From Candidatus Omnitrophota bacterium (GTDB lineage Bacteria > Omnitrophota > Gorgyraeia > Gygaellales > Profunditerraquicolaceae), in NCBI GenBank assembly GCA_016208765.1, contig JACQXK010000065.1, positions 64,962 to 128,961 of the forward strand: 64,000 bases of DNA, in the 5' to 3' direction. Shown here piece after piece: positions 37,953 through 48,213 of this stretch. Each line of letters begins with the position of its first letter. The first letter of the stretch is position 1. The notes beneath the pieces were generated by a model. The model saw only the letters and a list, made by a program, of their open reading frames with translations, ran no database searches and was not told where the DNA came from. A program made the translations under genes and the position numbers.

Positions 37953-39006
37953 TAATCTTAATCCTGCAATGGCGCAAGAAATTAAAATAGGGAACAGAAA
38001 GATAGGCAATGCCCATAGGCCTTTAGTAATTGCAGAAATAGGCATTAATCATGAAGGCCGGATAGAAAAAGCTTATGAAATGATTGATGATGCTCATCGG
38101 GTGGGTTGTGAGTGTGTCAAATTTCAATGCCATGTAGTTGAAGATGAAATGATCCCTAATGAAGTAATTCCTGGAAATGCTACGGAGAGCATATGGGCGA
38201 TGATGAAAAGATGCCAGCTTGCTGAGCAGCAAGAAGCCTTGCTGAAGCAGTATACAGAATCAAAAGGCATGCTGTTTCTTTCTACTCCGTTTTCCAGGGC
38301 AGCAGCTGATAGACTTGAAAATATGGGTGTTTTAGCCTATAAAATAGGGTCAGGTGAATGTAATAACTATCCTCTTATTGAGCATATTGCTGGATTTAGA
38401 AAACCGGTTATTTTGAGTACTGGGATGAATGACATTGTTTCTATTAAAAAAGCCGTTTCTATTATTGAAAGCTACGGGATACCATATGCGCTTCTTCATT
38501 GTACTTCTATTTACCCAACACCTTATGAAAAAGTAAGGCTCGGTGCTTTAGGTGAAATCAAAAATAAATTTCCAAATGCAGTGGTAGGCTTAAGCGATCA
38601 TTCCATAGGAAACTATACAAGTTTTGCTGCAGTTGCATTAGGGGCAAGTATAATTGAAAAACATTTCACGTCTAATAAAGCTTGGCCCGGTTCAGACATA
38701 TCTTTATCAATTGATCCTGAAGAGTTGAAGGAATTAATTGTTGGCTCAGAAGCTATTTATCAGGCAGGAGGTGCATCTAAGACTATTCTCAGCGAGGAGC
38801 AAAAAACCATAGATTTTGCTTATGCTTGTGTTGTTTCTATAAAAGATATTAAGGCTGGTGATTTCTTATCGGCAGAAAATATTTGGGTTAAAAGGCCGGG
38901 GACAGGGGAAATAAAAGCAGAAAATTTTAAAAGTATATTAGGAAAAAAGGTTAAAACTGAAATTAAAGCTAATTCTCAGATAAAATGGAGTGATATTGGT
39001 GGATAA
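37933..39006 (+). CDS. neuB: N-acylneuraminate (nonulosonic acid) synthase, NeuB family
   Basis: IGNRKIGNAHRPLVIAEIGINHEG...CECVKFQ and a C-terminal SAF/antifreeze-like domain. Confidence 0.9.
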   Translation: MRVQMNNNLNPAMAQEIKIGNRKIGNAHRPLVIAEIGINHEGRIEKAYEMIDDAHRVGCECVKFQCHVVEDEMIPNEVIPGNATESIWAMMKRCQLAEQQEALLKQYTESKGMLFLSTPFSRAAADRLENMGVLAYKIGSGECNNYPLIEHIAGFRKPVILSTGMNDIVSIKKAVSIIESYGIPYALLHCTSIYPTPYEKVRLGALGEIKNKFPNAVVGLSDHSIGNYTSFAAVALGASIIEKHFTSNKAWPGSDISLSIDPEELKELIVGSEAIYQAGGASKTILSEEQKTIDFAYACVVSIKDIKAGDFLSAENIWVKRPGTGEIKAENFKSILGKKVKTEIKANSQIKWSDIGG

Positions 39007-40123
39007 AAAGAAAATAGTATTTTTAACTGGTACGCGTGCTGATTTTGGAAAACAAAAATCCCTGATTGAGATTACATCTAAATCAAAGAATTTTGAAACC
39101 CATATTTTTATAACAGGTATGCATATGTTAACTAAATATGGGGCGACGTCTTTTGAGGTTGAGAGCTGCGGTTTTAAGAATACTTACCAATTTATTAATC
39201 AAACTCATCATGACAGCATGGATTGTATCCTTGCTAAGACCATTGAGGGGTTCTCCCATTATGTGCAAGAAATTAAGCCTGATTTGATTGTTGTCCATGG
39301 AGATAGGGTTGAGGCTTTAGCTGGAGCAATAGTCGGTTCGCTTAATAATATCTTAGTGGCACATTTAGAAGGAGGCGAGCTTTCCGGGACAGTGGATGAG
39401 CTAATCAGGCATGCAGTAAGCAAGCTTTCTCATGTCCATTTAGTGGCCAATCATCAGGCTGAAAAAAGGCTTATTCAGATGGGAGAACACAAAGATTCAA
39501 TATTTATTATTGGTTCTCCTGATATTGATATAATGGAGTCGGATAAATTAAAATCATTGAGTTTTGTAAAAAAACGTTATGGTATTAAATTTAACAAGTA
39601 TGCGATTTTAATATTTCATCCGGTCACTACCGAGATTGCTAGTGTTTCTTGCCAGGCAAATAATATAACTGATGCAGTAATTGATTCAGGGTCTAATTTT
39701 GTTGTTATTTACCCTAATAATGATTTTGGGTCTGATTTAATCCTCAATGTTTATAAAAAGCTTGATGGTAATGCGAGGATAAAAGTTTTTTCTTCAATAC
39801 GTTTTGAATATTTTATTATTTTACTAAAAAACGCACAATTTATCTTAGGAAATTCAAGCTCAGGTATTAGAGAGGCGCCATATTTTGGTATTCCAACTAT
39901 CAACATAGGAAGCAGGCAGAATTCGCGGGCTTTAAGCAAAGAGATTATTCATTGCGGTTATTCTAAAAGTGAAATAATAACAGCTATTGATTTAGCTAAA
40001 AATATTAAAGTTAATAAAACTATGCATTTTGGCTCAGGCAAGAGCGATAAGTTTTTTATTAAGTTATTAAATTCTGGCAAGCTTTGGAGAATAGCCAAGC
40101 AGAAGCTGTTCTGTGATTTATAG
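38990..40123 (+). CDS. neuC: UDP-N-acetylglucosamine 2-epimerase (hydrolysing), NeuC/LegG family
   Basis: VFLTGTRADFGK...HGDRVEALAGAIVGSL...AHLEGGE Epimerase_2 motifs. GTG/TTG start. Confidence 0.85.
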   Translation: MILVDKKKIVFLTGTRADFGKQKSLIEITSKSKNFETHIFITGMHMLTKYGATSFEVESCGFKNTYQFINQTHHDSMDCILAKTIEGFSHYVQEIKPDLIVVHGDRVEALAGAIVGSLNNILVAHLEGGELSGTVDELIRHAVSKLSHVHLVANHQAEKRLIQMGEHKDSIFIIGSPDIDIMESDKLKSLSFVKKRYGIKFNKYAILIFHPVTTEIASVSCQANNITDAVIDSGSNFVVIYPNNDFGSDLILNVYKKLDGNARIKVFSSIRFEYFIILLKNAQFILGNSSSGIREAPYFGIPTINIGSRQNSRALSKEIIHCGYSKSEIITAIDLAKNIKVNKTMHFGSGKSDKFFIKLLNSGKLWRIAKQKLFCDL

Positions 40124-40144
40124 AAATTCGGAACAATTTTTATT

Positions 40145-41584
40145 ATGACAAACAAAATACGGATAATACCAAGATTAGATATTAAGGGCCCGAATGTAGT
40201 TAAAGGAATTCAGCTGGAAGGATTAAGGGTCGTTGGGAATCCTTCTGAGTTAGCCCGTAAATATTATAATGAGGGCGCGGATGAGTTGATATACATAGAT
40301 ATTGTAGCCAGCCTTTATGACCGAAATAACTTGGCACATATTGTAGAAGAGACTACGAAAAACGGTGTTTTTATTCCAATTACTGTTGGTGGTGGGTTAA
40401 GAAGCTTGAGCGATATAGGAAAGATGCTCAGGTCTGGGGCAGATAAAGTAGCTATTAATACGGCGGCGGTGAAAAATCCAAATTTAATCAAGGAAGCGGC
40501 TATGGCCTTTGGTTCATCTACGATTGTGCTTTCGGTTGAAGCGAAAAAAATTAGTGAAGGTAACTGGGAAGTTTATATTGAAAATGGAAGGCAAAAAACT
40601 CAATTAGACGTTATAGAATGGATAAAGCAAGGAATTGAATTGGGCGCAGGGGAAATTTTAATTACTTCTGTAGATAAAGATGGGACAAAGAGTGGCTATG
40701 ATATGGATTTAATTAATGCAGTTGCTTTAATTTCCAAGGTTCCTGTGGTAGTTTCAGGCGGCGCGGGTTCTTTGGAGGACGTGAGCCAATGTATGCTAAA
40801 TAAGAATATTAATGGAATTTCTTTGGCTACCTTGCTTCACTACGGGGAGTTGAATATTAATGATATTAAGTCTGTACTTAAGCAAAGGTTTAACAATAGG
40901 GTTCGTCACGAAATTAAAAAAGAGAATTATGTTTTGGATAAAAGAATTGATGTTGAGGTTTCAATAATTGATTATAACTTAAGTAATTTGCATAGCGTGA
41001 GGAATGCATTTAGGCAAATAGGCGCGGAAGCAAAATTTATTAATAATCCAGAAGATGTTTTGAATGCTAAGTGTTTAGTTTTACCGGGTGTTGGAACTTT
41101 TGAAGAAGGAATGAAGAATTTAACAACTAAAGGACTGGATGATGCTATAAGAAAATACGTTAGAATGGGAAAACCTTTATTGGGAATTTGTCTGGGAATG
41201 GAGCTGTTGTTGACGAAAAGTTATGAATTCGGCGAACATGATGGGTTGGGCATAATTGAGGGAGAAGTCCTTCCTTTTAGAAAAGAAGATTTTTCCTGCG
41301 AAGATTACAAGATTCCTCATGTTGGGTGGAATACAATTTCTATGGATACAAATTGCAAGGGGTCAATTTTTGATTTAGGTTTAAACAATATTGATGCATA
41401 TTTTGTGCACTCTCTCTATGTAAAGCCGGATAATTTGAGCGATGTTTACGGGTCAACGGATTATTTTGGCAAGAAATTTGCTTCTGTGATACAAAGAGGG
41501 AATATTTTTGGTTGTCAGTTTCATCCGGAGAAAAGCGGGAATATCGGTTTAAAAATTCTAGGAAACTTTTGTAAAAAAGGATAG
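40145..41584 (+). CDS. HisF-like cyclase fused to HisH-like glutamine amidotransferase (order F then H)
   Basis: N-terminal (beta/alpha)8 HisF motifs (IIPRLDIKG, ITVGGGLRS, SVDKDGTKSGYD). C-terminal class I GATase with catalytic Cys (GICLGMELL) and His (CQFHPEKSG). Confidence 0.8.
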   Translation: MTNKIRIIPRLDIKGPNVVKGIQLEGLRVVGNPSELARKYYNEGADELIYIDIVASLYDRNNLAHIVEETTKNGVFIPITVGGGLRSLSDIGKMLRSGADKVAINTAAVKNPNLIKEAAMAFGSSTIVLSVEAKKISEGNWEVYIENGRQKTQLDVIEWIKQGIELGAGEILITSVDKDGTKSGYDMDLINAVALISKVPVVVSGGAGSLEDVSQCMLNKNINGISLATLLHYGELNINDIKSVLKQRFNNRVRHEIKKENYVLDKRIDVEVSIIDYNLSNLHSVRNAFRQIGAEAKFINNPEDVLNAKCLVLPGVGTFEEGMKNLTTKGLDDAIRKYVRMGKPLLGICLGMELLLTKSYEFGEHDGLGIIEGEVLPFRKEDFSCEDYKIPHVGWNTISMDTNCKGSIFDLGLNNIDAYFVHSLYVKPDNLSDVYGSTDYFGKKFASVIQRGNIFGCQFHPEKSGNIGLKILGNFCKKG

Positions 41585-41598
41585 AAACGGAGAAAACA

Positions 41599-42822
41599 AT
41601 GGATGTAAAGATTAAAAAAGTAGACCTTGGTTTACCTGAAAAAGTTTTATTTTGCAAGAAATGCGTAATTTCTAATCAAAGGCCAAGTTCAACAATTGAG
41701 TTTAAAAATCGCCCTGGGGATGTAAAAAAAACAATCAATTTTGGCACGGACCAAGTCTGTGATGCTTGCAGATTTGCAGAATATAAAAATACAAAGATTG
41801 ATTGGATGGCCCGGGAGAATGAATTAAAGAAGTTGTGTGATAAATTTCGTAGAAATGATGGATATTGGGATTGTATTGTACCAAGTAGTGGAGGCAAGGA
41901 TAGCGCATTTACGGCGCATAAGTTGAAATACAAGTATGGCATGAATCCTTTGACTGTTACCTGGGCTCCGCATGAATATACGGATATAGGCAGAAGAAAC
42001 CTTCAGAGTTTTATTAATTCTGGTTTTGACAATATTTTAGTGACGCCTAATGGTAAAGTTCATAAATATTTAACAAAATTAGCTTTTTTGAATCTTTGCC
42101 ATCCGTTCCAGCCTTTTATTCTCGGGCAGAGATTTATAGGGCCTAAAGTTGCAATTGAAAAGAATATTCCTCTTATTTTCTACGGAGAAAACCAGGCGGA
42201 GTATGGCAATGACATAAAAGAAAATGAAGACCCGAGAATGAGTATGAATTTTTTCTTTTCTGAGAGGGATTATGACAAGATATTTCTGGGAGGTGTGTCT
42301 GCAAGCGAGCTTATAATGAAACATGGTTTAACTAAGAATGATATAGAAATGTATTTACCTCCAGCCAAGGATGAGATTTTATCAAAGAAAGTTTCAGTAT
42401 ATTACTTAGGGTATTACATTAAATGGGATCCTCAGGAGTGTTTTTATTATGCAGCGCAAAATACCGGTTTCCAAACTAATACAGAGAGAACCGAGGGTAC
42501 TTATTCAAAATACAGCAGCATTGATGATAAAATTGATTATATTCATTATTTTACAACTTTGATAAAATTCGGTATCGGCAGGGCTACCTATGATGCTGCT
42601 CAAGAGATAAGAAACGGGAAAATTTCGCGGGAAGAAGGCGTTGCGCTGGTGAAGAAGTATGATACAGAGTTTCCTAAAAAGTTTTTTCAGGACTGTTTAA
42701 GGTATATGGATATTACTGAAGAGCAATTTTGGGATACTGTTAATAAGTTCCGGTCGCAGCATTTATGGGAAGAAGTTGACGGAAAGTTTATTTTAAAACA
42801 GCAGGTTTCTAATAACATTTAA
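41599..42822 (+). CDS. N-acetyl sugar amidotransferase (WbuX/PseA family, PP-loop ATPase)
   Basis: PP-loop SGGKDS, N-terminal Cys pairs (CKKCVIS, CDAC), 407 aa. Adjacent to the HisFH-like protein, as in WbuXYZ systems. Confidence 0.75.
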   Translation: MDVKIKKVDLGLPEKVLFCKKCVISNQRPSSTIEFKNRPGDVKKTINFGTDQVCDACRFAEYKNTKIDWMARENELKKLCDKFRRNDGYWDCIVPSSGGKDSAFTAHKLKYKYGMNPLTVTWAPHEYTDIGRRNLQSFINSGFDNILVTPNGKVHKYLTKLAFLNLCHPFQPFILGQRFIGPKVAIEKNIPLIFYGENQAEYGNDIKENEDPRMSMNFFFSERDYDKIFLGGVSASELIMKHGLTKNDIEMYLPPAKDEILSKKVSVYYLGYYIKWDPQECFYYAAQNTGFQTNTERTEGTYSKYSSIDDKIDYIHYFTTLIKFGIGRATYDAAQEIRNGKISREEGVALVKKYDTEFPKKFFQDCLRYMDITEEQFWDTVNKFRSQHLWEEVDGKFILKQQVSNNI

Positions 42823-42833
42823 GTTTATTAATA

Positions 42834-43547
42834 ATGTATAAAAATAAAAAAATTCTAGCAGTTATTACGGCCCGGGGCGGGAGCAAGGGTATTCTTGGTA
42901 AGAATATAAAACCTTTATCAGGGAAGCCGCTTATTTACTGGACCCTGAGTGAAGCAAGAAAGAGTAAATATATTGATAAGATTATTGTTAGCACTGATGA
43001 TCCTGGTATCGCTGATATTTCAAGAAAACATGGAGCGGAAGTGCCTTTTTTGAGGCCCAAAAAACTTGCTCAGGATAAATCCAGCTCTATGGATGTTTTA
43101 TTTCATGCAATTGACTGGTTAAAGCAGAGAGGGTTGGTTTTTGATATTGTAGTGCTTTTGCAACCAACGTCTCCATTAAGGACCAAAACAGATATTGATG
43201 AGGCCTTAATGGCATTATTTAAAAGAAATGCTATGGCAATTGTATCTGTGGCAGAGGCATTTTATCCTCCGTTGTGGACAAACACTTTGCCTTCGGATGG
43301 AAATATGAAAAATTTCTTGCCAAAAGGGTTTGTTAATAAGAACCGTCAAAGCCTTCCAAAATATTACCAATTTAACGGAGCAATATATTTAGGGCTTATT
43401 GAATACATTAAGAAAAAGAGGTCTTTTTTAGGAGAAAGTACATATGCATATCTTATGCCAAAGGAGAGGTCAGTTGATATTGATGATACTATTGATTTTT
43501 TAATGGCAGAGATATTGTTAAAGAAGCAGAAAGATATTAGAAAATGA
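42834..43547 (+). CDS. neuA: acylneuraminate (nonulosonate) cytidylyltransferase, NeuA-like
   Basis: ILAVITARGGSKGILGKNI...GKPLIYWT...IVSTDD is the CMP-NeuAc synthetase signature. Confidence 0.8.
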   Translation: MYKNKKILAVITARGGSKGILGKNIKPLSGKPLIYWTLSEARKSKYIDKIIVSTDDPGIADISRKHGAEVPFLRPKKLAQDKSSSMDVLFHAIDWLKQRGLVFDIVVLLQPTSPLRTKTDIDEALMALFKRNAMAIVSVAEAFYPPLWTNTLPSDGNMKNFLPKGFVNKNRQSLPKYYQFNGAIYLGLIEYIKKKRSFLGESTYAYLMPKERSVDIDDTIDFLMAEILLKKQKDIRK

Positions 43548-45427
43548 GTAAAAAATTAATTTTTGTTGATAATATTGAGTTCATTAAAGACAATTCTTGC
43601 AGAATAGCTGAGATAATAAGAAATGAAAAAGCCTTAGTGTTGCCTTTATCGGATTTAGTCTTTTTGTATATGAAAAACAAGGGATTCAATTGTATTGATT
43701 TCCATGATTTTGAATATAAGGGCCTGTATGAAAATGTTTATTCTGTGGCAAGGGAATGGGGGACAGGTTGGTATAAACCAAGAAATAAAGACTTTTCTGA
43801 GGTAGATTCAGTTTCCCTGGGGACAATGATAGATTGGTTTATGATATATTTCTTTACTCATTTCTTGAGGATGCATCTTTTTTTAGGTGAGGTTATTAAG
43901 AACCTTAAGCCTAACGAAATAATATTCATTACAGCAAAAGAAGTGGATTATATGGAAGCGCCGTTAAAATTACGAAATGTTGACTGTAATTTATTGCAGC
44001 ATATGGTTAAAAGTATTGCAGGAACATTAAATCTTCACCTGTCTACCAAATTAATAAAGCTTACATCTCAAGAAAAATCTCAAAAACGCAAATTTAATTT
44101 TATCCGTCCAGTTTTTTACTATTTTAATGTTGTTTTATCAAGGTTGTTTAGTCTCTGCAACTTTATCTTACGTAAAAACAGAAAAATTATCTTTTACGAA
44201 GGTTTCCGGCACTTTTTTCCAGTAATGGCATCTAGTTTATTAAGAAATTTGGAGATAATCCATTTAGAAAAGGTAATTGGCTTATCTTTAATGCAGAAGT
44301 TGTATTCAAGAGGAATTAGAATAGATGTTTTAAATAAGAAAAATAGTCTCAATAAAATAAAAAAGCCTTGTTTTGATTTAATTAAAATTAAGGCAGAGCT
44401 TTCCGGTTATTTTATTTACAAGGGACAGGATTTTTTGGATTCTGTCTGGCCGAGGATTGAATATTTATTTAGATTTTTCCTGCCTGATTATGTTTATCCG
44501 GATTTGATAAACATAACGAAGTATATGCGGGCAAGCAATGCTAGTTGCTTAATCGTAGAAAATGATTCTACTTATGATGAGAAAATGCTTGTTATTGTTG
44601 CGAAAAAGTTTGGAGTTTATACGGTTGTAATACAAAATGGTGCGACTTGGATAGGTGAAGCTTTTAAAAGTAGAGAAATCTCTATTCATGATTTTTACCC
44701 TTTGATTGCAGATAAGTTTTTGGCTTATGGAGAATTGAATAAGAGTTGGTATAAAAATATGAATGTTGACCCAGAAAAAATTGTTGTTACTGGGGCTGCA
44801 AGGTTTGACGAGTATTATAAAACAAGAAATTCGTTTAAAATCTTAAAAAGAAAGAGCAATGCTGTCCTTGTCCTGTTAAATGATGTGACAGACCAGGACG
44901 TGGTAGTTTCAGAATATGATGTTACGGCCAAAATGTTTTATAAACATATAAATGAATTTATAAAAATAGCAAAAAATAGCCCAGACGTTAAATTTATTAT
45001 AAGGCCGCATCATAATGAGGGGTTCTGGAGAAGTATTTTTGAAGAAGAGATGCAAGGCTTGAATAATTTAGAAATTTCTCGTAAGGATACTTTGGTTCGG
45101 ATATTGCCTTTGGTGAATATAGTGGTTGGATATTATTCTACTGCTTTACTTGAAGCTTTAATCTTCAGGAAAATCGTTGTTAGTTTAGATACAGGAGAGT
45201 TTCTTAATCCATTTAAGCTATGGGATTATGATTTGTCAAAAAGGGTGGAGAACTTTACAGAATTAGAGGCGCAGATAAAGATTTATCTTTTTGATGAGCC
45301 GGAGCAAAGATTATTTATCAAGAAAATTGATGATAACTTGCGTTTGTTTAATTTTAATGATGACGGGAAAGCAGCAGAACGAATTGCGGGTTATTTAGGC
45401 AAAACTTTAATTAATAATTATGCATAG
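43544..45427 (+). CDS. hypothetical large protein, possible GT-B glycosyltransferase (TagF/KpsS/sialyltransferase-like)
   Basis: 627 aa. C-terminal region carries RPHHNEGFW followed about 40 aa later by a VVGYYSTALLEAL block, the layout of HP-motif GT-B enzymes. Confidence 0.3.
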   Translation: MSKKLIFVDNIEFIKDNSCRIAEIIRNEKALVLPLSDLVFLYMKNKGFNCIDFHDFEYKGLYENVYSVAREWGTGWYKPRNKDFSEVDSVSLGTMIDWFMIYFFTHFLRMHLFLGEVIKNLKPNEIIFITAKEVDYMEAPLKLRNVDCNLLQHMVKSIAGTLNLHLSTKLIKLTSQEKSQKRKFNFIRPVFYYFNVVLSRLFSLCNFILRKNRKIIFYEGFRHFFPVMASSLLRNLEIIHLEKVIGLSLMQKLYSRGIRIDVLNKKNSLNKIKKPCFDLIKIKAELSGYFIYKGQDFLDSVWPRIEYLFRFFLPDYVYPDLINITKYMRASNASCLIVENDSTYDEKMLVIVAKKFGVYTVVIQNGATWIGEAFKSREISIHDFYPLIADKFLAYGELNKSWYKNMNVDPEKIVVTGAARFDEYYKTRNSFKILKRKSNAVLVLLNDVTDQDVVVSEYDVTAKMFYKHINEFIKIAKNSPDVKFIIRPHHNEGFWRSIFEEEMQGLNNLEISRKDTLVRILPLVNIVVGYYSTALLEALIFRKIVVSLDTGEFLNPFKLWDYDLSKRVENFTELEAQIKIYLFDEPEQRLFIKKIDDNLRLFNFNDDGKAAERIAGYLGKTLINNYA

Positions 45428-46898
45428 AAAAAAACAAATTATAAAAGATACCTTTAAGTTGACTTTTGCGCGTTATTGCTCTCAGGGCATAGGGTTTTTT
45501 ACTTCTATTGCCATGCGCCGCTTTTTGGGGCCATTTTATATCGGCATCTGGAGCCTTTTAAAAATTACTATGGATTATAGCACGTATTTGTTGTTAGGGG
45601 TGAATGAGGGTTTAGGTTATAAGATTCCTGCATTGATGGGGCAGAATAAATCGGAAGAGGAAGAACGCATAAAAGACGCAGGATTTAGTTTTGTGTTTAT
45701 TATTTCCCTGGTTACTTCAATAATATTGCTTATTTCTGCATTTGTTCTGAGGAAAAATTACCCAATTGAGGTAATTATTGGGATTATTGTTTTATCTTTA
45801 TATATTTTGCTTGATAGAATATGCGGTTTTTATATGCTTCTTTTAAGGGCTAGGAAAAATTTTTCCATGTTGAGTAAGGCAATTATTTTTGATGCAGCTA
45901 CAAATCTAATTTTAATATTTCTTTTTGTGAGAAATTTTAAGATCTATGGCCTCTACATTGCAGTTATGGTTTTGTCGGTTTTAAATACCGTTTTTATCCA
46001 TGTTCAGGCAAAATACAAGGTTAATTTTGTATTAAATTTTAAAGGATTGGGCAATATTTTGAAGGTCGGATTTCCAATTACTGCCATGGGTTTTTTGGAT
46101 TGGATATTAGCTAGTGCCGACAGGATCATGATCGCTAAGATGATAGGCGTCACTTATGTTGGTTTTTATAGCGTTTCAATAATGACTAAGAGCTACATAA
46201 GCCAACTATCTAGTTTTGGGACTGTCATATACCCGCATCTTATTGAAGATTTTAGTAAAAAAGAAAACATCAATGATATTAAGAAGTATGCCATTGTCCC
46301 TCCTAAAGTTAATGCTTATACGTTACCTTTACTTTTAGGAATAATCTTTTTTTCTGCCCCTGTATTAATAAAATTAGTTTTACCTAAATTTTCTCCAGGT
46401 ATCCTGGCTATACAGATTTTATTGATTGATATGTTTTTCCGGGCTTGTTATCCGCAGGCAATTCATTTTATCGTGGCTTTAAAGAAGCAGGCTAGGATTC
46501 TTCCGATCATGGGGGTAGCAATAATTCTTAGCGTGGTTGGCAACTATTTAATGATTAAGAAAGGTTATGGGATTTATGGTGTTGCTGCTACAACTTCAAC
46601 GGTTTCATTCTTTAGCTTTGTAGCAATTCAGACGTATGCTCTAAAGCATTTTGCGCGGCCAAAGGAGATTGTGTTATTTTTTGTGGAAATCCTGGCTCCT
46701 TTTGTTTACACAATGATTTTTGTGCTGTTATTAAATAAAATAATCCAAATCCAAAATCTTTACGTTGGCACTTTAATTAAGATTTCAATATTATTTATTA
46801 TTTCACTGCCATTGTTATTTTATATAAACAAAAAGACCCAGGTATTAAACCTTGTGGTTGGAATAATTAAGGATAAGATTAAGCTTAAGTCAAAATGA
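45420..46898 (+). CDS. polysaccharide/oligosaccharide flippase (Wzx/MOP superfamily)-like
   Basis: 492 aa with about 12-14 TM helices and no soluble domains. Located in a glycan cluster. Confidence 0.55.
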   Translation: MHRKKQIIKDTFKLTFARYCSQGIGFFTSIAMRRFLGPFYIGIWSLLKITMDYSTYLLLGVNEGLGYKIPALMGQNKSEEEERIKDAGFSFVFIISLVTSIILLISAFVLRKNYPIEVIIGIIVLSLYILLDRICGFYMLLLRARKNFSMLSKAIIFDAATNLILIFLFVRNFKIYGLYIAVMVLSVLNTVFIHVQAKYKVNFVLNFKGLGNILKVGFPITAMGFLDWILASADRIMIAKMIGVTYVGFYSVSIMTKSYISQLSSFGTVIYPHLIEDFSKKENINDIKKYAIVPPKVNAYTLPLLLGIIFFSAPVLIKLVLPKFSPGILAIQILLIDMFFRACYPQAIHFIVALKKQARILPIMGVAIILSVVGNYLMIKKGYGIYGVAATTSTVSFFSFVAIQTYALKHFARPKEIVLFFVEILAPFVYTMIFVLLLNKIIQIQNLYVGTLIKISILFIISLPLLFYINKKTQVLNLVVGIIKDKIKLKSK

Positions 46899-48202
46899 AT
46901 CTAAATAAAGAAGAAATTATAAATAATAGCTTTGAGATTGTTTTTTGGTCCCATGGCCACAACGATGCGGAGCGATTCCTGCCGTTAATGGTCAATTTGA
47001 ATAAAAAGGGAGTGAGAACTTTGCTTTTTTTTCAGAATTTTGATTTTAGGGACGGGTTATCATTTACGAATCAGAAGATAGTTGATAGGTTTGGGTTAAA
47101 TGTTCTGGATTATTCTTATTTTCTAAAGACTAAATTGTATTTGTTGTTAGTGACTGTTTTTGTCCGGTTATTTAAGAAAATAATTAAAATAAAGTTTTTT
47201 TATAATAAATGCAATGGGCTTCGTTCAAAATTGCTAAAACTCAGTATTACAGAGGATTTTATCAGAAATGTAATTATGAAGTTCCACCCGAAAATAAGTT
47301 TTTTTGATAACATATCTTTACTTAAAAATACTGGTTATCCTTACGGCAGTTATTTTATTAAGAAGAATTCTGTTGAATTTGGGATCAAATGTTTTTCTAT
47401 TTGTCACGGAGGTACTGTCCATGTGCCTAAAATGTTGGAAAGCGAGCCAGTTTTTATTGATTTTGATAAAATGTATGAACCAAATTCTTACGAAGAACAG
47501 TGGGATAATTCCTTGCTGGTTTCTAAAGAAAAAAAAGCGGTGGCATTTGGCGACCCAAGATTTGATCAGAATTGGAAGGGCGTGTTGAAAGAAACATGTC
47601 AAAATTCACTCAGTTTTGAGATTGAAAAGGAAAATAATAACTATAAACTAAAGCTTTTATATTTATCTCCGAACCTCGAGCAATTTAATGAAGAAGACTT
47701 GAAATATAAAAATCTTTCTGATGTTGTTAGAATAGCTAAGGATACTGGAAATTCACTGTTGTTGATAAAACCTCACCCTCGTTATAGACAAGAAGAAAAA
47801 ATAAAAAAGTTGATGAAAAGAATTAATTTTAAAGATTACCATATTCTTGAAGACGAACCTTTGGTTTGTTATTTGGATTTCATTGACTTTATAATTACTA
47901 CTGGGACCTCTGCCCTACATGATGCTTTGCCAGAGAATTATGGTAAAATAATAATTTATGATACCTTTGGAGAAGGCATGGGCCTGAGAAATATTTTCAA
48001 AGAAAGTTTCATTAATTTTGATTCTTTTGAGAAAATGCGAGATTTTTTTAAAAAAAGAAACTATCTCATTGAATCCAATGTTGAAAACGCTCAGAAGGCA
48101 GAAGAATTTAGCAGAAGATGGGTTGCTGCAGGAGGAGAATTAAATACTGTAATAGAGCGAATTTCTGATGATTTATGTAAAGAGTTGGGGAAAATAAGCT
48201 AA
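46895..48202 (+). CDS. hypothetical protein, possible HP-motif GT-B glycosyltransferase (KpsS/TagF/polysialyltransferase-like)
   Basis: IKPHPRYRQEE followed by ITTGTSALHDAL, resembling the HP motif and acceptor-side block of CMP-ulosonic-acid transferases. Confidence 0.3.
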   Translation: MNLNKEEIINNSFEIVFWSHGHNDAERFLPLMVNLNKKGVRTLLFFQNFDFRDGLSFTNQKIVDRFGLNVLDYSYFLKTKLYLLLVTVFVRLFKKIIKIKFFYNKCNGLRSKLLKLSITEDFIRNVIMKFHPKISFFDNISLLKNTGYPYGSYFIKKNSVEFGIKCFSICHGGTVHVPKMLESEPVFIDFDKMYEPNSYEEQWDNSLLVSKEKKAVAFGDPRFDQNWKGVLKETCQNSLSFEIEKENNNYKLKLLYLSPNLEQFNEEDLKYKNLSDVVRIAKDTGNSLLLIKPHPRYRQEEKIKKLMKRINFKDYHILEDEPLVCYLDFIDFIITTGTSALHDALPENYGKIIIYDTFGEGMGLRNIFKESFINFDSFEKMRDFFKKRNYLIESNVENAQKAEEFSRRWVAAGGELNTVIERISDDLCKELGKIS

Positions 48203-48213
48203 AAGGAGAACTG

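Noticed and set aside
40145-41584. Housekeeping imidazole-glycerol-phosphate synthase (hisFH)
   Set aside because: No other his genes are adjacent. It lies between neuC and a WbuX-type amidotransferase inside a glycan operon, matching the WbuY and WbuZ paradigm. It cannot be fully excluded without seeing the rest of the genome.
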